From Podarcis muralis (taxonomy: Eukaryota): DNA of 64,000 nt. The position numbers and the translations under genes were made by a program. Shown here piece after piece: positions 1-12,298 of the stretch. The stretch covers positions 34,410,001-34,474,000 of the forward strand of contig NC_135660.1 of the NCBI RefSeq assembly GCF_964188315.1, in the 5' to 3' direction. The notes beneath the pieces are model-generated. The model was not told the DNA's origin, made no database searches, and worked only from the letters and a program-made list of their open reading frames with translations. How positions within the stretch are numbered: the stretch's first letter is position 1; every line of letters begins with the position of its first letter.

Positions 1-399
1 CTCAAGGGTGTGGGGGAGATAATAAAAAGGTCTGCCAGATTAAAAAGATTTCCCACCCCTGCTCTGCTTGGTAGCATCCCAGGTCCAGCATCCCAGGTCC
101 AGCAGGCCTAGATGCTCCTCATTCTCCCCATCTGACTTATCTTGTACTCTCTGGCACTCCAGTGTTATGTTCCACCAGTTTATATTTAGTATTCCACCAG
201 CATATCTGTCTTAGTGGTGATGAACCTGGCATTTTGTCAGCTGATAATGGACTTCTGCCAAATCCGGTGGCCCCTCCTCAGGCAGATCTCAAGTGCAGGA
301 TTGCACCCTAAATTATATAACTTACATTTGGTGGGTGGACACATAAATCTCATGCTATCTCTGAGACTCAGTCATCGTGATTGCCCTGTGTGAGCCAAG

Positions 400-1270
400 C
401 TGGTTTTTTGGTTTTTGGTTTGTTTTTTTAATTAAAGAGTTTCTTGATTTACAAAAGTGTGTGCAATGTTTCTCTCTTGTATATCCCCCCCCCCCAATGT
501 AACATTTTTACAAATCAGTTTCATTTGTTGAGACATTGGAAAGAAAAGGGGGAAAGAGATGGGGGTGGGGTCGAGTGGCGATGTTTCTATTTTACTTACT
601 ATATGTAGGGTTTGGTGTCAGCGTTGCTTGTGCAGGTTCTTTGCTGTTCACTTGTGTTCCTTTGTTGATGAGAGAAGTTGGGGTTGGCCTAGGGTGTGGC
701 TGGTTGTCTTTGATTGACTGTAGTGAAATTTGTTTTTATGTGTGAGTGGGGTGTGTGAGTGTGTGTTTTTGGATCAGGGTAGCCAGATTGATTCGTATGC
801 TGTTGGCGGGTTCTTCTTGTTGTCTTGTTGGGCTGTGTATGTGATAAAGGGGAGCCATACCGGGGTGAAGGTGTCTGCTTCTATTTGTCCCAATGTCAGT
901 TTCAGTTTATTGGTTAATTTTTCTAGTAGGGCTGGTTCCCATACTATTTGGTGCCATTGGTCCATGCTTACTCCTGACAGGTCTCTCCAGTGTCTGGCTA
1001 TGATGCTTCTGGCTGCTGAAAGTAGGTGGGTTATGAGTTCTTTGTGGTGTAAGTGGGCATTATTGTCTTGGAAGATAGCCAAGCTGGTTTTGTCTTTAGT
1101 TTGTCCCTTGTCTGACTCCAGTGTTTTCCCTGTGGATTGAAAGGTCAGGCAGCTACTCACATAAGCCTTTTGGTCCCAGATTTTCCTCTTCCACAGCGAT
1201 GTGCAGTTGCCCACTTTTCCCCAGTGTAAACTCACCCCACCCCAGGTCCTTACACCCAGTGATGGAGTGG
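400..1270 (-). mobile_element. 5'-truncated L1-clade LINE (ORF2 C-terminus, 3' UTR, A-rich tail) in the ADIPOQ upstream intron
   Basis: ORF 774-1322 contains HLLSAARSIIARHW...W...W, typical of the L1 ORF2 C-terminus. A T-rich tail lies at ~400-430 on the + strand. Boundaries are approximate. Confidence 0.75.
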
Positions 1271-1397
1271 TAAACTTTGAAGTAAGAGGAGCCACTGGAG
1301 TGCCTAGGACTGTGATCCCCATTAGTTGCAGGTCTCCTACTGTTCCTTATTTCTACTCCTGTTCCTTAGGCAGTTCCTCATTATTTCCAGGTGCAAC

Positions 1398-1617
1398 ATG
1401 AAGCAAGGATCAAGCTTCCTCTTTTTCTCGCTGGTGCTTCTGCTGAAACTTTGCTGTTACCTTGAAGTGGTTGCTGAAGAAGACCCTCAACAGCCACCCA
1501 GGGGAGTCTGTGCCAATTGGATGTCAGGATCACCAGGCTACCCAGGCCACCACGGAACTCCAGGGAGAGATGGAAGGGATGGAAAGGACGGGGAAAAGGG
1601 AGAGAAAGGAGATCAAG
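1398..1617 (+). CDS. ADIPOQ: Adiponectin, first coding exon (signal peptide, Cys/Trp variable region, start of collagen domain)
   Basis: Acceptor ttccag|g at 1390/1391; ATG at 1398. Translation MKQGSSFLFFSLVLLLKLCC...GVCANWMSGSPGYPGHHGTPGRDGRDGKDGEKGEKGDQ. Phase-1 donor AAG|gtgagt at 1617/1618. Confidence 0.97.
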
Positions 1618-2550
1618 GTGAGTGCTTTCAGCCCTCTGTTCTATTCAAGCTAGCAATTCCCACAAGGGCCCCACGAGCTTTAATGGGTTTAAATCTAATC
1701 AATTGGCAGGACTGAGATCAAAGGTTCACACATCACCATGCAGGCCAGATGACACATGAAAGTACAAGAGGAAGAAAGAAAAAACATGTCACTGCAGACA
1801 TAATGTGATGATTGCGTTTCCTTCCCTTTATTTATTCCGTCATTTATTTTTAAACATGATGTTGTGCCTTTCAATCCTCTTCAGGACACCAAAGGTGCAT
1901 TTTTAAAATAAATGCTGTAGATAACAGTAGATAAAACTACCGAACAGAATAACAACCAACACTACCAAAGCATAAAAAGAGCAAAGCAGAAGAATCTGTA
2001 ACCAATAAGCACCCATGGACATATTCAGGGCCAAAGTAGCAGTGAGTTAGGGGATCTGTGATTAGAATTTCCCTCCCCCTTTTTTAATAATTAGCCTAAG
2101 GGGGGGGGCACTTGAAAATGAAGGACATGGTGCTCTGGGAGAGAGTCTTTACACTTTCCTCCCAAATCCTTTCCCCCATTGTAAACCCACCCCAGCTGCT
2201 GTTAGCACCAGTAAGGGCAGACAGGAGCAACCTTTTGTTTTATATTTTTATTATTATATATAATAAACATTACTGTAAATGATAATAAAGGGTTTGAGGT
2301 GTTGGTGGGGTTGTTTTTTTTAAAAAAAATTGTGGTATATAAATTTTATGAAATACTTGTTTATGGCTAGCTGAGCCACGGATCTCATCTGCAGACAGAA
2401 GTGGGTACATGAGGCTCCATCTCACCTTTGACCATGGGCCACGTTTATTAGCTGACAATGATTAGGGTTAGGGCACTGAAAGAATGTTTGAGGGTCTTGT
2501 GAGGCCACACTTTGTTCAATTGCCACCTGGATTTTTAATGGATTTAAATA

Positions 2551-2940
2551 CCGTACTTTTCCGTGTATAAGACGAGGTTTGTTTCTGAGAAAATAATCTC
2601 AAAAAGTGGGGGTCGTCTTATACATGGATAGTGCAGAGTGGGGGAGGGGATTGGTTGCTGCTGCGAGCAGCTGATTGTCAGCGATGATTGTGCTGTCGAT
2701 TGGCTGTTGCTGCGGCAACTGGGTGGGTGATTGGCAGCTGCTGGTGGCGAGCGGGCAGAGGATTTTTGGCTACTGTGACGCGTGCGATTGGTAGCATTGT
2801 TAGGTGTGTGAGTGATTTTCGTTAACTCCCCCCCCCCAATCTCAACAACTCTGGGAAATCCCCCCATTTTCTTAATTTTGAGTCCCCAAAAATAGGGGGT
2901 GCCTTATACACGGGGGCATGTTATACACAGAAAAATATGG
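2551..2940. mobile_element. Non-autonomous Tc1/mariner-pogo (Tigger-like) MITE in the ADIPOQ intron
   Basis: Imperfect TIRs ccgtacttttccgtgtataa ... ttatacacagaaaaatatgg, flanked by TA. Same type as 57872-58295. Confidence 0.75.
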
Positions 2941-3418
2941 TAGTTATGCCACTGCATAAAGAAGAATGTGCTATTTTTCTAGAAAAAGGTGCTGTAACTC
3001 ACCCTGAGCGCCTCCCACATTCTCTTAGAATAGCCACCCACCTGAGAGGTGCCAGAACTGAGTTCCGGTGAGTTCCAGCTGGGGGGAAAAAGCCCTGGGT
3101 TTACTTACATCAATATTTATACCCTAATGTCCTTCCACATGTTTCCAGGGCATTTCCCAAAGAATCAAAAGTACTCTTAGGACACTGAAACTGCAGTCTT
3201 CAGATTCCTGAGCAGCTCTGGAGTTTACTAGAACGAAAGCAGACCTAATAAAGCTGGGAATTACTTTCGTAGACATGAGCTGCCCACACAAATAAGCTGA
3301 CTCAGAATTTTGTTCTTGTGAAGGAAAGTGAGGCTGAAATAATCTTTTCAGCTGAGGTTGTTTGGGTGAAACCTTCTGGGGATGCTCCACTCTAATAAAA
3401 AATCCCTTTTCTTGATAG

Positions 3419-3948
3419 GTGCACCAGGCCTCAAAGGGGACAGTGGAATTTTAGGATCAGCTGGTGTTGCAGGCCCTCAAGGGGCACCAGGAAGCCCAGG
3501 ACTGAAAGGGGAAAAGGGTGAAACTGCCTCCAGGTATCAGTCTGCCTTCAGTGTTGGTCTAACAGCCAGAGTCCCTTATACCAATCTTCCCATCAGGTTT
3601 ACGAAGATATTCTACAATGAGCAAAATCACTATGACGTAACGACAGGGAAATTCCGGTGCATCCTTCCCGGAGTCTACTATTTTGCATATCATCTCACCG
3701 TGTACGTGGCAGATGTCAAAGTTAGCTTGTTCAAGAAGGACACGGCGGTCATCATCACTTATGACAAGTACCAGAAGGACGACGTGGACCAAGCATCTGG
3801 TTCGGTCTTGCTCCGTCTGGAATATGGGGATGAAGTCTGGCTCCAAGTATATGGGGATGAAACAGACAATGGTATCTATGCTGATAATGTTAATGATTCT
3901 ACTTTCATGGGATTCTTGCTCTACCCAAACTTGGATAATGGACAATAG
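3419..3948 (+). CDS. ADIPOQ: Adiponectin, last coding exon (rest of collagen domain and C1q globular head); spliced CDS is 750 nt, 249 aa
   Basis: Acceptor cttttcttgatag|gt. Translation includes SAFSVGL, PIRFTKIFYNEQNHYD, YYFAYHLTVY, DVKVSLFKKD, VDQASGSVLL, GIYADNVNDSTFMGFLLY. The two exons together encode 22 Gly-X-Y triplets, as in human. TAG at 3946-3948; AATAAA motifs at ~4613 and ~4673. Confidence 0.98.
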
Positions 3949-4764
3949 AATATCACGGGTGGGAGAGAGGGGGGAAATAGCCAATAATTGTTTTGGATTT
4001 TCCTTGTACTCTACTTGTCAACGCAAGGAAACTCAGCAAATTGAATTTAGATAGGTTCAAGGGCGGTTCACACATGCATGTCCACTGCTTGAACATCCAG
4101 TGGTGACTTGTCCATATGAATGAGCCATCACAGATACAACCCACTGATATCCCTTCTTCACCACAGTGCGTTTCAATAGAGTCAGTTCACACATTCAGCT
4201 GTTCAACATCAAGAGCATGCTAATAAAATATAGAGAAAGCAAGTGATGTACATGCACGTGTGATTCCGGAATCTGCCTGTACTCATCAAAGACACTTGCC
4301 CAAACCTCTTCCTTTAGAAATGGGTGTTATTTACTTACATTTATACTGACAAATAGAGCAAACAATAAGCTTCAAAGAGAGGAGCCTAAAGCAATAGAGA
4401 TTCTGTAATGAGGTGCAGCCATATAAGCATTGTTCTGTACAAATAGAAGCAACTAATGCTTGACAATATTATCATGATGTGGCTTTCAGAGTGATTTCTC
4501 ATTAGATCTGCATTGCTTTCTCAGATATATTTTAATACATTTTCCTGTTTCTTGAATGAGTTACGTGTGGCTTCTGCACCTTAGCATATGCACAGGATGT
4601 CATTAGCACTTAAATAAAAATGAAGGTTTGCAACAGAATATTTGGAGCAACAAAAATGTTACTGAATTAAAAATAAAAATACTGCTCACCCACAGTTCTA
4701 TTTTTTAATTTCTTTTGTGCTGAAATTAGATGGCGTATATATATTCTGATCAAACAATCTAAAG

Positions 4765-5623
4765 CAGGGGTCAGCAAACTTTTTCAGCAGGGGGCCGGTC
4801 CACTGTCCCTCAGACCTTGTGGGGGGCTGGTCTATATGTTGCCATGATTATGATTGCCTGCATTTTTGGCAAAAAACCTTATTGGAACCAACCCCAACAT
4901 TGCCCAAATGTGATTTTCTGGGGGGAGGGGTGTGTTTCCTCATACACCCATGCTGCTTCCTTTGTGTTTTAGGCATTGATAGTTGTTATTTCTCTTGTAA
5001 GGTGGGGTGGGGGGCTGAGGTAAGTGCGCCATTCCTGTCAGCCCTGGAGAGCGTGTGCTCATGTGTGGGTGAAGGGAAAAGCCATTGGCCACACTAAGTC
5101 AGGCCGGCGCCGCTCAAGCAAAAATGTTCTTTTTCCCGCATGAGTTAAGATGAGGTGGTGGTGGCTATTTACCTTTCCATGGCTTGCACTGTGTAGCTAA
5201 CGAGTGGCCTCCCCACCAGAGCGCAGAACTGTTTTGGAGTGCAGCCGCTCAGGCGCTCCCCGCTTCCTTTGGCGGGGAGCACTGCTGCCACAGACACTGG
5301 TGGGTGTCTCTCCTGAGGCACCTCCAAGCCCCTGATGCCGCAACTGCCCTTCCTAAGGTCCTGGTGGAAATCCGATCTGTGGCTCCTTTTCCCTCTTCCC
5401 CCACCCCAGAAGAAAAGATTGCTGCGCGCGTGTGACGGACGGAGAAGGGACTTGTCTCAAGCAGCCGCCCACCTCACTTTTGACCCCCAAGCCTGGCTGA
5501 GTCACAAAAATCACCACACACGCGTGCTATGCTGGCTGCTTGGATTTCCGGACCATCCACGGGCCGGATCTAGAAGGTTATTGGGCCTGATCTGGCCCGC
5601 GGACCTTAGTTTGCTGACCCATA
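4765..5623. mobile_element. Non-autonomous hAT (Charlie-type) element with 8-bp TSD
   Basis: TIRs caggggtcagcaaact / agtttgctgacccata. TSD ATCTAAAG at 4757-4764 and 5624-5631. Confidence 0.9.
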
Positions 5624-5864
5624 ATCTAAAGTACTATGAACTATACAATATTCACAGTGAAATCAATGATACATGCTTGCTATTATTCCTTTAAAGAACA
5701 TTTATCCTGGTTGTTAATGATTCAAAATATCTGGTTGGTTTTTGGTCATCAGCTTCCTTACCATTCTTTCTCAGTCTTTCCCCACCTTACGGACATAACC
5801 ATTCTTTTAAGAGAATACCTATGTGTTGCCCATGTGGTTTCAGTTTTCTGTGATACATTCACAT

Positions 5865-5868
<4 letters not shown>

Positions 5869-5913
<45 letters not shown>
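5869..5913. repeat. (TC)n microsatellite
   Basis: About 22 perfect TC units. Confidence 0.98.
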
Positions 5914-5915
<2 letters not shown>

Positions 5916-6300
5916 GCCACACACAGAGCCTTCTGGTTAGCTACTTGCCTGACCGTCTTCTTTTGTGATAATAAGAAAAGCTTGTGGAAAGTTTCATTTT
6001 CAGCACAGTTTGCCCAAAGCTAACCGCATATCTGAATCCATCAGAAATGCCCTTGCAGGGAGAGAGTTACTTAACAGCCACAAAATTTAAAGAGAAAAAT
6101 GTCAACTTCCAATTTAGCAATGTTAAACATTTCCTTTAATAATACCGAATGCAGAGAAGTCAGGAAGCCCCACTGGGCATATTAATGTAAAGAGCAGGAA
6201 GAAACAACCACAATGAAACACAGGACTAAGGATATGAAAAAGGGACTAGAATAATGACTTTGAAACATTTGTTATTTATTTAGTTAAATAATTTTTATAC

Positions 6301-6807
6301 CATAGAATCGTAGAGCTGGAAGGGACACCAAAGGTCATCTATTCCAACCCTGTGCAATGCAAGAATCACAACCATATAACACCGGTCTTGAAAGACCTAC
6401 ATTGGCTCCCAGTACGTTTCTGAGCACAATTCAAAGTGTTGGTGCTGACCTTTAAAGCCCTAAATGGCCTCAGTCCAGTATACCTGAAGGAGCGTCTCCA
6501 CCCCCATCATTCTGCCCGGACGCTGAGGTCCAGCACCGAGGGCCTTCTGGCGGTTCCCTCCCTGCAAGAAGCCAAGTTACAGGGAACCAGGCAGAGGGCC
6601 TTCTCGGTAGTGGCACCCTCCCTGTGGAACGCCCACCCATCAGATGTCAAAGAGAACAACAACTACCAGACTTTTAGAAGACATCTGAAGGCAGCCCTGT
6701 TTAGGGAAGCTTTTAATGTTTGATGTATTACAGTATTTTTATATTTTTTTGGAAGCCGCCCAGAGTGGCTAGGGAAGCCCAGCCAGATGGGCGGGGTATA
6801 AATAATA

Positions 6808-6854
<47 letters not shown>

Positions 6855-6990
6855 AAAGAATACTTGACAGATGACTATCCAACGTCTATTTAAAAACCTC
6901 CAATGAAGGAGAGTCCACCATCTTTCAACTTAGTCCATTCCACTGTTGAACAGCAATTATTGTCAGAAAATTATTCCTAATGTTTAGTCA
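6301..6990 (-). mobile_element. CR1 LINE 3' end, interrupted by an L2 insertion
   Basis: catagaatcgtagagctggaaggg is the reverse complement of the CR1 (ATTCTRTG) tail region. CR1-like sequence resumes after 6851 (aaaacctccaatgaaggagagtccacc). Confidence 0.65.
6371..6851 (+). mobile_element. 5'-truncated L2 LINE with (TAT)n tail
   Basis: Encodes (H)ITPVLKDLHWLPVRF-AQFKVLVLTFKALNG...RAFSVVAPSLWN. 3' end gccgcccagagtggct...gatgggcggggtata followed by (TAT)n. Near-identical copies at 19873-20409 and 60152-60424. Confidence 0.9.
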
Positions 6991-7520
6991 GTGGGGTTCT
7001 CCTTGCACAGGCTCTGCCCTCCGCAGTTGCATCCACTGAAAGGGTATAAGGCCCCTAAAGAAACCAATTCTGGAGCAGGATGGAGCAGGGCTAGTGATGG
7101 ATCATAAGTCAGTTTAGTTCCTGGAGCAGGATCTGATTCATGTCTCTGATTTGCACGCTTGGAGTTGGTGAAGCAAAATAGGAGAAAAATATCTTCTGCC
7201 GTGGACAGTAGTAGAGAACTGACTGCTCCACATACTCCACACAGTTAGGATTGCCTGTAAATTTTTAAATCAAAACCTCTGAAATTGTTAAAAGATCATT
7301 GACCTTTTTGAAGAGCACAGGTAGAATTACTGTACAGTGTTTAAAACAACCATAAGAAATTACTCTTACTACATTGCCTTTTCACAGTTCAAGCCGGTCT
7401 GTACCCACAAGTGATCCCTTGGATCTTGCTGAATATTTTCCAGCGAACAACTGAAATCTAAAGGATCCCTTGCTTTAGCTCATTTAAACTGCTCAAAAAT
7501 TGAGAGAAATGGGGATATGA

Positions 7521-7555
7521 TGCAGTCACTGCAAGAGTCCACAAGATGGTGCAAA
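7521..7555 (+). promoter_or_regulatory. Candidate CTCF site with upstream motif
   Basis: TGCAGTCAC, then a 6-bp spacer, then agtCCACAAGATGGTGCA. This resembles the CTCF upstream-plus-core architecture; motif match only. Confidence 0.5.
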
Positions 7556-7944
7556 GATATCATCCCTTTGTACAAATACTCAAACGCTTGTTTGCTAGAC
7601 AATCAACAAGCAATGCACGGAGGTAGCTGAAACTCAATTTATCTCCCCCCCCCCAAAAAAAAATCAAAATTCCATTTAGCTTATCCTGGTTTTACCATTT
7701 CAGCCTAGGTGACTCTCTATTTGCCACGTTTCCCATATGTCTATTAAATATGCCCAACCGTTGCATCCCAGGTTATTGCCTTAAGAAACATTGCTCAGGT
7801 GTTCCTTTGCGACGTTTTAGTGCATTGTAAAAACACCATCTGCATCCCTGAGGCATTGGGAGCTTCTATGGCACCCAAAGGAATTATAAATTAGGAGCTC
7901 TCTGTTTATGACCCAATGGCTCTTCTTCCATATAGATGGGATTA

Positions 7945-8180
7945 AAAAGGTAAAGGTGGGGGGAGGCTGACCATTAGGTCCAGTCGCGAAAGACTCTGGG
8001 GTTGTGGCGCTCATCTTGCTTTATTGGCCGAGGGAGCCGGCGTACAGCTCATGTGGCCAGCATGACTAAGCCACTTCTGGCGAACCAGAGCAGCGCACGG
8101 AAACGCCGTTTACCACCCCACAGGAGTGGTACCTATTTATCTACTTGCACTTTGACGTGCTTTCGAACTGCTAGGTTGGC
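7945..8180 (-). mobile_element. 5'-truncated Sauria SINE with 11-bp TSD
   Basis: ACCTTT-type tail and body shared with the copies at 20947, 46212 and 48599. TSD AGATGGGATTA at 7934-7944 and 8181-8191. Confidence 0.88.
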
Positions 8181-11100
8181 AGATGGGATTAGCACACTGT
8201 TAATGCTTTAAAATACTGTTACGTACCACCCAAGTTTCTGCTGAACGGCTGGACAAGATACCAGGGTTTTCAAACGCTCACCCAGAGTTGTATTAAATCA
8301 AAGCGCAGTGGAGACTAGCGTCTTGAAGAAATGTGGTTTCTGGTACAGATATTTACACCTGGGTCCACTTTGGAGAGAGTTCAGAGCCTTACATCTCAAG
8401 AGGGGCCATGCCCTCCTTCCAAGACAGTCAATTTCACTTCCTGTCACCCAGGGTTTTCCATCCCCCTCCCCCGCACCTGCCAGTCAGCATTCTGTGCCTG
8501 CTGAGCATGCTCAGTCCCACTGAGTTGTTTTTTAGGTGTTCCCTCCACCTTTAGGGGTTCCCATCCTCCATTTTTCTTTGCACTGCAAACCTAGGGTCTT
8601 CCCAAAGCCTACTCATCCCACTGCCCTTTGCATGAATCAAAAACCCGTTGTCAATGTCCAAGCTGTGAGATCACAATGATCCATTTGCAAGTTAAGCCGC
8701 TGGTTGTAAGCACCCTGAGCCTTCCTTCTGTTACCCAGGAAACTTTGCAACTTTAAAGTTAGCTCATCCACCTTCCCTAACCCATCTCACAGCTTCACCA
8801 GAAAACACCCCACATTTCTCTTTCCTGCTCAGTGATCCCTTACTTTTGCAGAAGACCTGAGGGGTGAATTAAACAATCAGTTCCATCGAAGGTGGAAGTA
8901 ACAAAAAATGCTCATGCTAATGCCCCAAGCAGATGAGACCTAAACAGAGCGGTGGATGTTTCTAAAAGGATATCAAGATCCCTTATTCAAAAGATTCCTG
9001 AGTAGGATTGCCATCTTTCTTGCTGGCCCCGCTTCTGAGCCTTTAACAGCTGCCCAGGCACAAAAAAATTAGGAACTGCTGCTTTGCCTGGCAGGGCAAT
9101 AAAACCATTTGCTGTATAATTTATGCATCTAAGGATACTGCTAAAAGCACAAGAGAATGGCAGCAAATTCCATTTAAAAATCCCCAGAATTTCAGACAAT
9201 TGCATTGCTATTTTTTATATATAAAAAATACATTGATTTTATTCTACAAAATCGCATGCATGCAGTTCAGTCTTCCTGGTGTTTACAATATTCTGGCCAC
9301 GCCTCAGTGCAAGGCAGAGGGCAAAAATAACCCAAGGCACTGGCGATTTCAAAAATCTGAGTTTTTCTTACATTTCCCTGATCCTTGGTACTGAACCCAT
9401 TAAACAAGGCAGCACCACACACACACTTGTAGTTAAGTGCTGACATCATGTGGAATACTAATAGCGAACTTAGCCTCCAGTGTGCTCCCATGGCATTCTT
9501 GTCTCGAGGAATATTCCCCATTACTATCAGTGCCTGGATCACTGATCAATGAAAAGCAGATTAGATCCATCTGGCTGAGGTGAAAGACCTCTTTCTCGTG
9601 CTTTCCCCACCGAAATGAAAAGGAAACCCGTGGTGTTTGGGCCTTCCTCTGCACGGCCTGAACTGTGACCTACCTGTCTTTCAGCAATACCAGCCGCAGC
9701 GCTTTTAATCATCTCTCTGTGGGGACCCTGAAAAGAATGTCCTAATTGCTGCCCCCAATTCCTCCCTGCAATGGGGGGTCTCCCTCTTAATGACTGCATG
9801 ATGCAGTTCTGCTTCAGAGAGCTGCTCTGGTGACCCGCTGGGCTCGTCCCTTTCAGAGCAGCTTGCACAGCGCACTGCAATCAATAGCTTGACAGAACCG
9901 CCGAAAAGGTCCCGCAATCATATTAACAGCAAGGAGGAAAGACTTGTCTGTCACAGTGCTTTTGACAGAGAGGGAAGTATCGTGGGGCGAGTTCCTCCCT
10001 AGCAGCTTTCGCCGTAGCTGTATCTTGTCTGACGGTGGGAACCCTTGTTTTTTCTGCAATTCAAATCCAAAAACATTCATGTTGCTTTATAAGAGCGGCG
10101 AGGAACCTCAAAGCAGCACGCCCACCTTTCCCAGGTCTAATGTATATGATGTCTGGGGCTGGAAATGTCTAAAAGGATAAGGAGCACACTGCCGATTCTT
10201 CCTACGTCACGAAAAGTTGGTGCTTTTTTGAATTGTGCGCCTTTTTCTGTCACCTCTCCGATGTTAAAAGTTCAGCTGAAAGATTTAACTGGCTAGCAGA
10301 GAGGAAAATGGTCATTTCTTTTACTTTTTACACAACACACACAATAAACACAACAAAGACTCTTGCGGTATCTTAATGTAATGCATCTTAAAGACTGTTT
10401 TGCAGATTTGCATCCCTAACCACATGTAACTCAGGATAACACTTCAGTGCATCTGATAGAGCCATTGCAGCACTGTCATAGCTGTCAACTTTCCCCTTTC
10501 CTTGTGAGGAATCCTATTTGGAATAAGGGAATTTCCCTTTAAAAAAAGAAAAAGTTGACAGCTATGAGCACTGTGATGGGCAAAGACACAACAAGTGATG
10601 TTTTTCATATCTGTATCTTTAAAGATATAGAAGTCCCTTCAGAGTTTGAACCTCTTTTATGCAAATTTTATTGGACAAGGCTAAACTGTCATGCTAATAA
10701 CTCTGTGGAACAGGAACTCAGCCAGTTCTAAGTGCATGTTGCAAGCCAACTATTTAGAACTGTCCCTTGTGAAAGTGTGACCCTCCTATTCCTTGCACCA
10801 AATTTCTTTAAAACTCCCAAGATGGCCTCTGGTCTCTCATCAAGACAAGAAAGCAGCGATCCTTTTTTCTACAGCAAAGTTAAAAAAGCAAAGGGACATA
10901 AATATTATCTGTGCTGCAAAGGGACACAATTCAGGGCAATAAAAAGACAGGTGAGCAGGGCAGCTGGATGCAAAAGATTAGTGGAATTTTCTACCTTTAT
11001 GAAGGGTTTTTGTTTTTTTGCTGTTGTTACATTTAAGTACATACAACAAACACTACCAGTTCAGATTCCTTCTTTTCCACAGTTACACCCTGTCCCTTTG

Positions 11101-12159
11101 CTTCTCTTCTTCCTAGAAGTGAAGTTGTGCCCTGTATATATCTTGCAGTGTGGCAGCATCTACACTGTGCAACTCCCAGCCTATTGACACCAGGCAGGCG
11201 CTTCTACTGTACTGTACTCTTTTCTGTGCCTGCTTAAAAAGGGGCCTTGTTTAGGCAAGCCTATTCAGACATGCAGAAGTTACACGCATTTTATCTCTTT
11301 TTAGCTACTGCTGATTTTAATCGTCTTTTGTTTTTAAATACCTGCTTTTTCAATAAGAATTTTAACATTTTAATATATACTCTTGCAAACAGTTTACAGG
11401 CTCTCTTATGATTCGTTATCTATGACAATCAAGCAGCATATAGAATATTGTCTTAATTAAATAAATAAAACAAAGAGCCAGCAGATGGCGTAATACAGGT
11501 TATTGGGCCCAAGGCAATGGGTGCCTTCTTTCATTGCCCAGAAATGTTTCGTTTTGTTGTTTCGATTCTTATACCAACCCGCTTCTTTTTAAAATAAATC
11601 AATCTCATTACAAATTACAACCAGGGCAGATCATTTGTGCTATTCATTGTCATAACCGCCACTGAGCACTTAACAATTCGTCTGCAGTTGTTTTGTTACA
11701 TCCATTCACATTAAGTAAGCGGAAAAGTTATCAGAGGCTGTGGAAGTTCCTGTTTCTTTAAAGGTCTACACAAACTCTCGAATCCTATTGACTGCTCTCT
11801 CTTGACTTAAAATTAAGTATGTGCATATATTTTTTGCAGAGTCACAGACTTAACTTGCTTCTGCTAATGAAAGCAGAACTGGGGTGGGGTGGGGTGGGGG
11901 TTACATAGGGTGATTCCCTACCTGATGGGAAAGCCCCAAGCTTACTAAATTTTGAGAATTTTATATTTGCTTAAACAAACCAGTGAGTAAGCAGTGCATG
12001 CAGACATAGACGAAATGTAAATTGCTGAAAGATACCCAGGTCATGATGAAGCTGAAATGAGAATAAAAGCCATTTTTTTAAGCTACTGTCTTAACAGTCA
12101 TTCATTTGCGCCACCTCCATCTAGTGAATGCAGGTAGAAGAAACAGAATCACACCTTTT

Positions 12160-12298
12160 CTTAGAATTGTAGAGTTGGAAGGGAGCAGGTGTGTCATCTA
12201 GTCCAACTCCATGCATGCAGGAATCTTTTGCCCAAAGCGATGCTCAAACCCATGACCCTAAGATTAAGAGACTCATACTCTACCAACTGAACTATCTG
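12160..12298 (-). mobile_element. tRNA-Lys-derived SINE with CR1-type 3' tail
   Basis: Minus-strand head gatagttcagttggtagagtatgagtctcttaatcttagggtcatgggtttgagc resembles tRNA-Lys(CTT), followed by a CR1-like end. Second copy at 19487-19628. Confidence 0.7.

Noticed and set aside
3559-3984. 141-aa antisense ORF over ADIPOQ exon (also 3683-4054 in an alternative frame)
   Set aside because: Overlaps a well-supported coding exon and has no recognisable domain.
10061-10168. Candidate terminal coding exon TFPAPDIIYIRPGKGGRAALRFLAALIKQHECFWI*
   Set aside because: The acceptor is good, but I do not recognise the peptide and found no matching upstream coding exons or clear poly-A signal.
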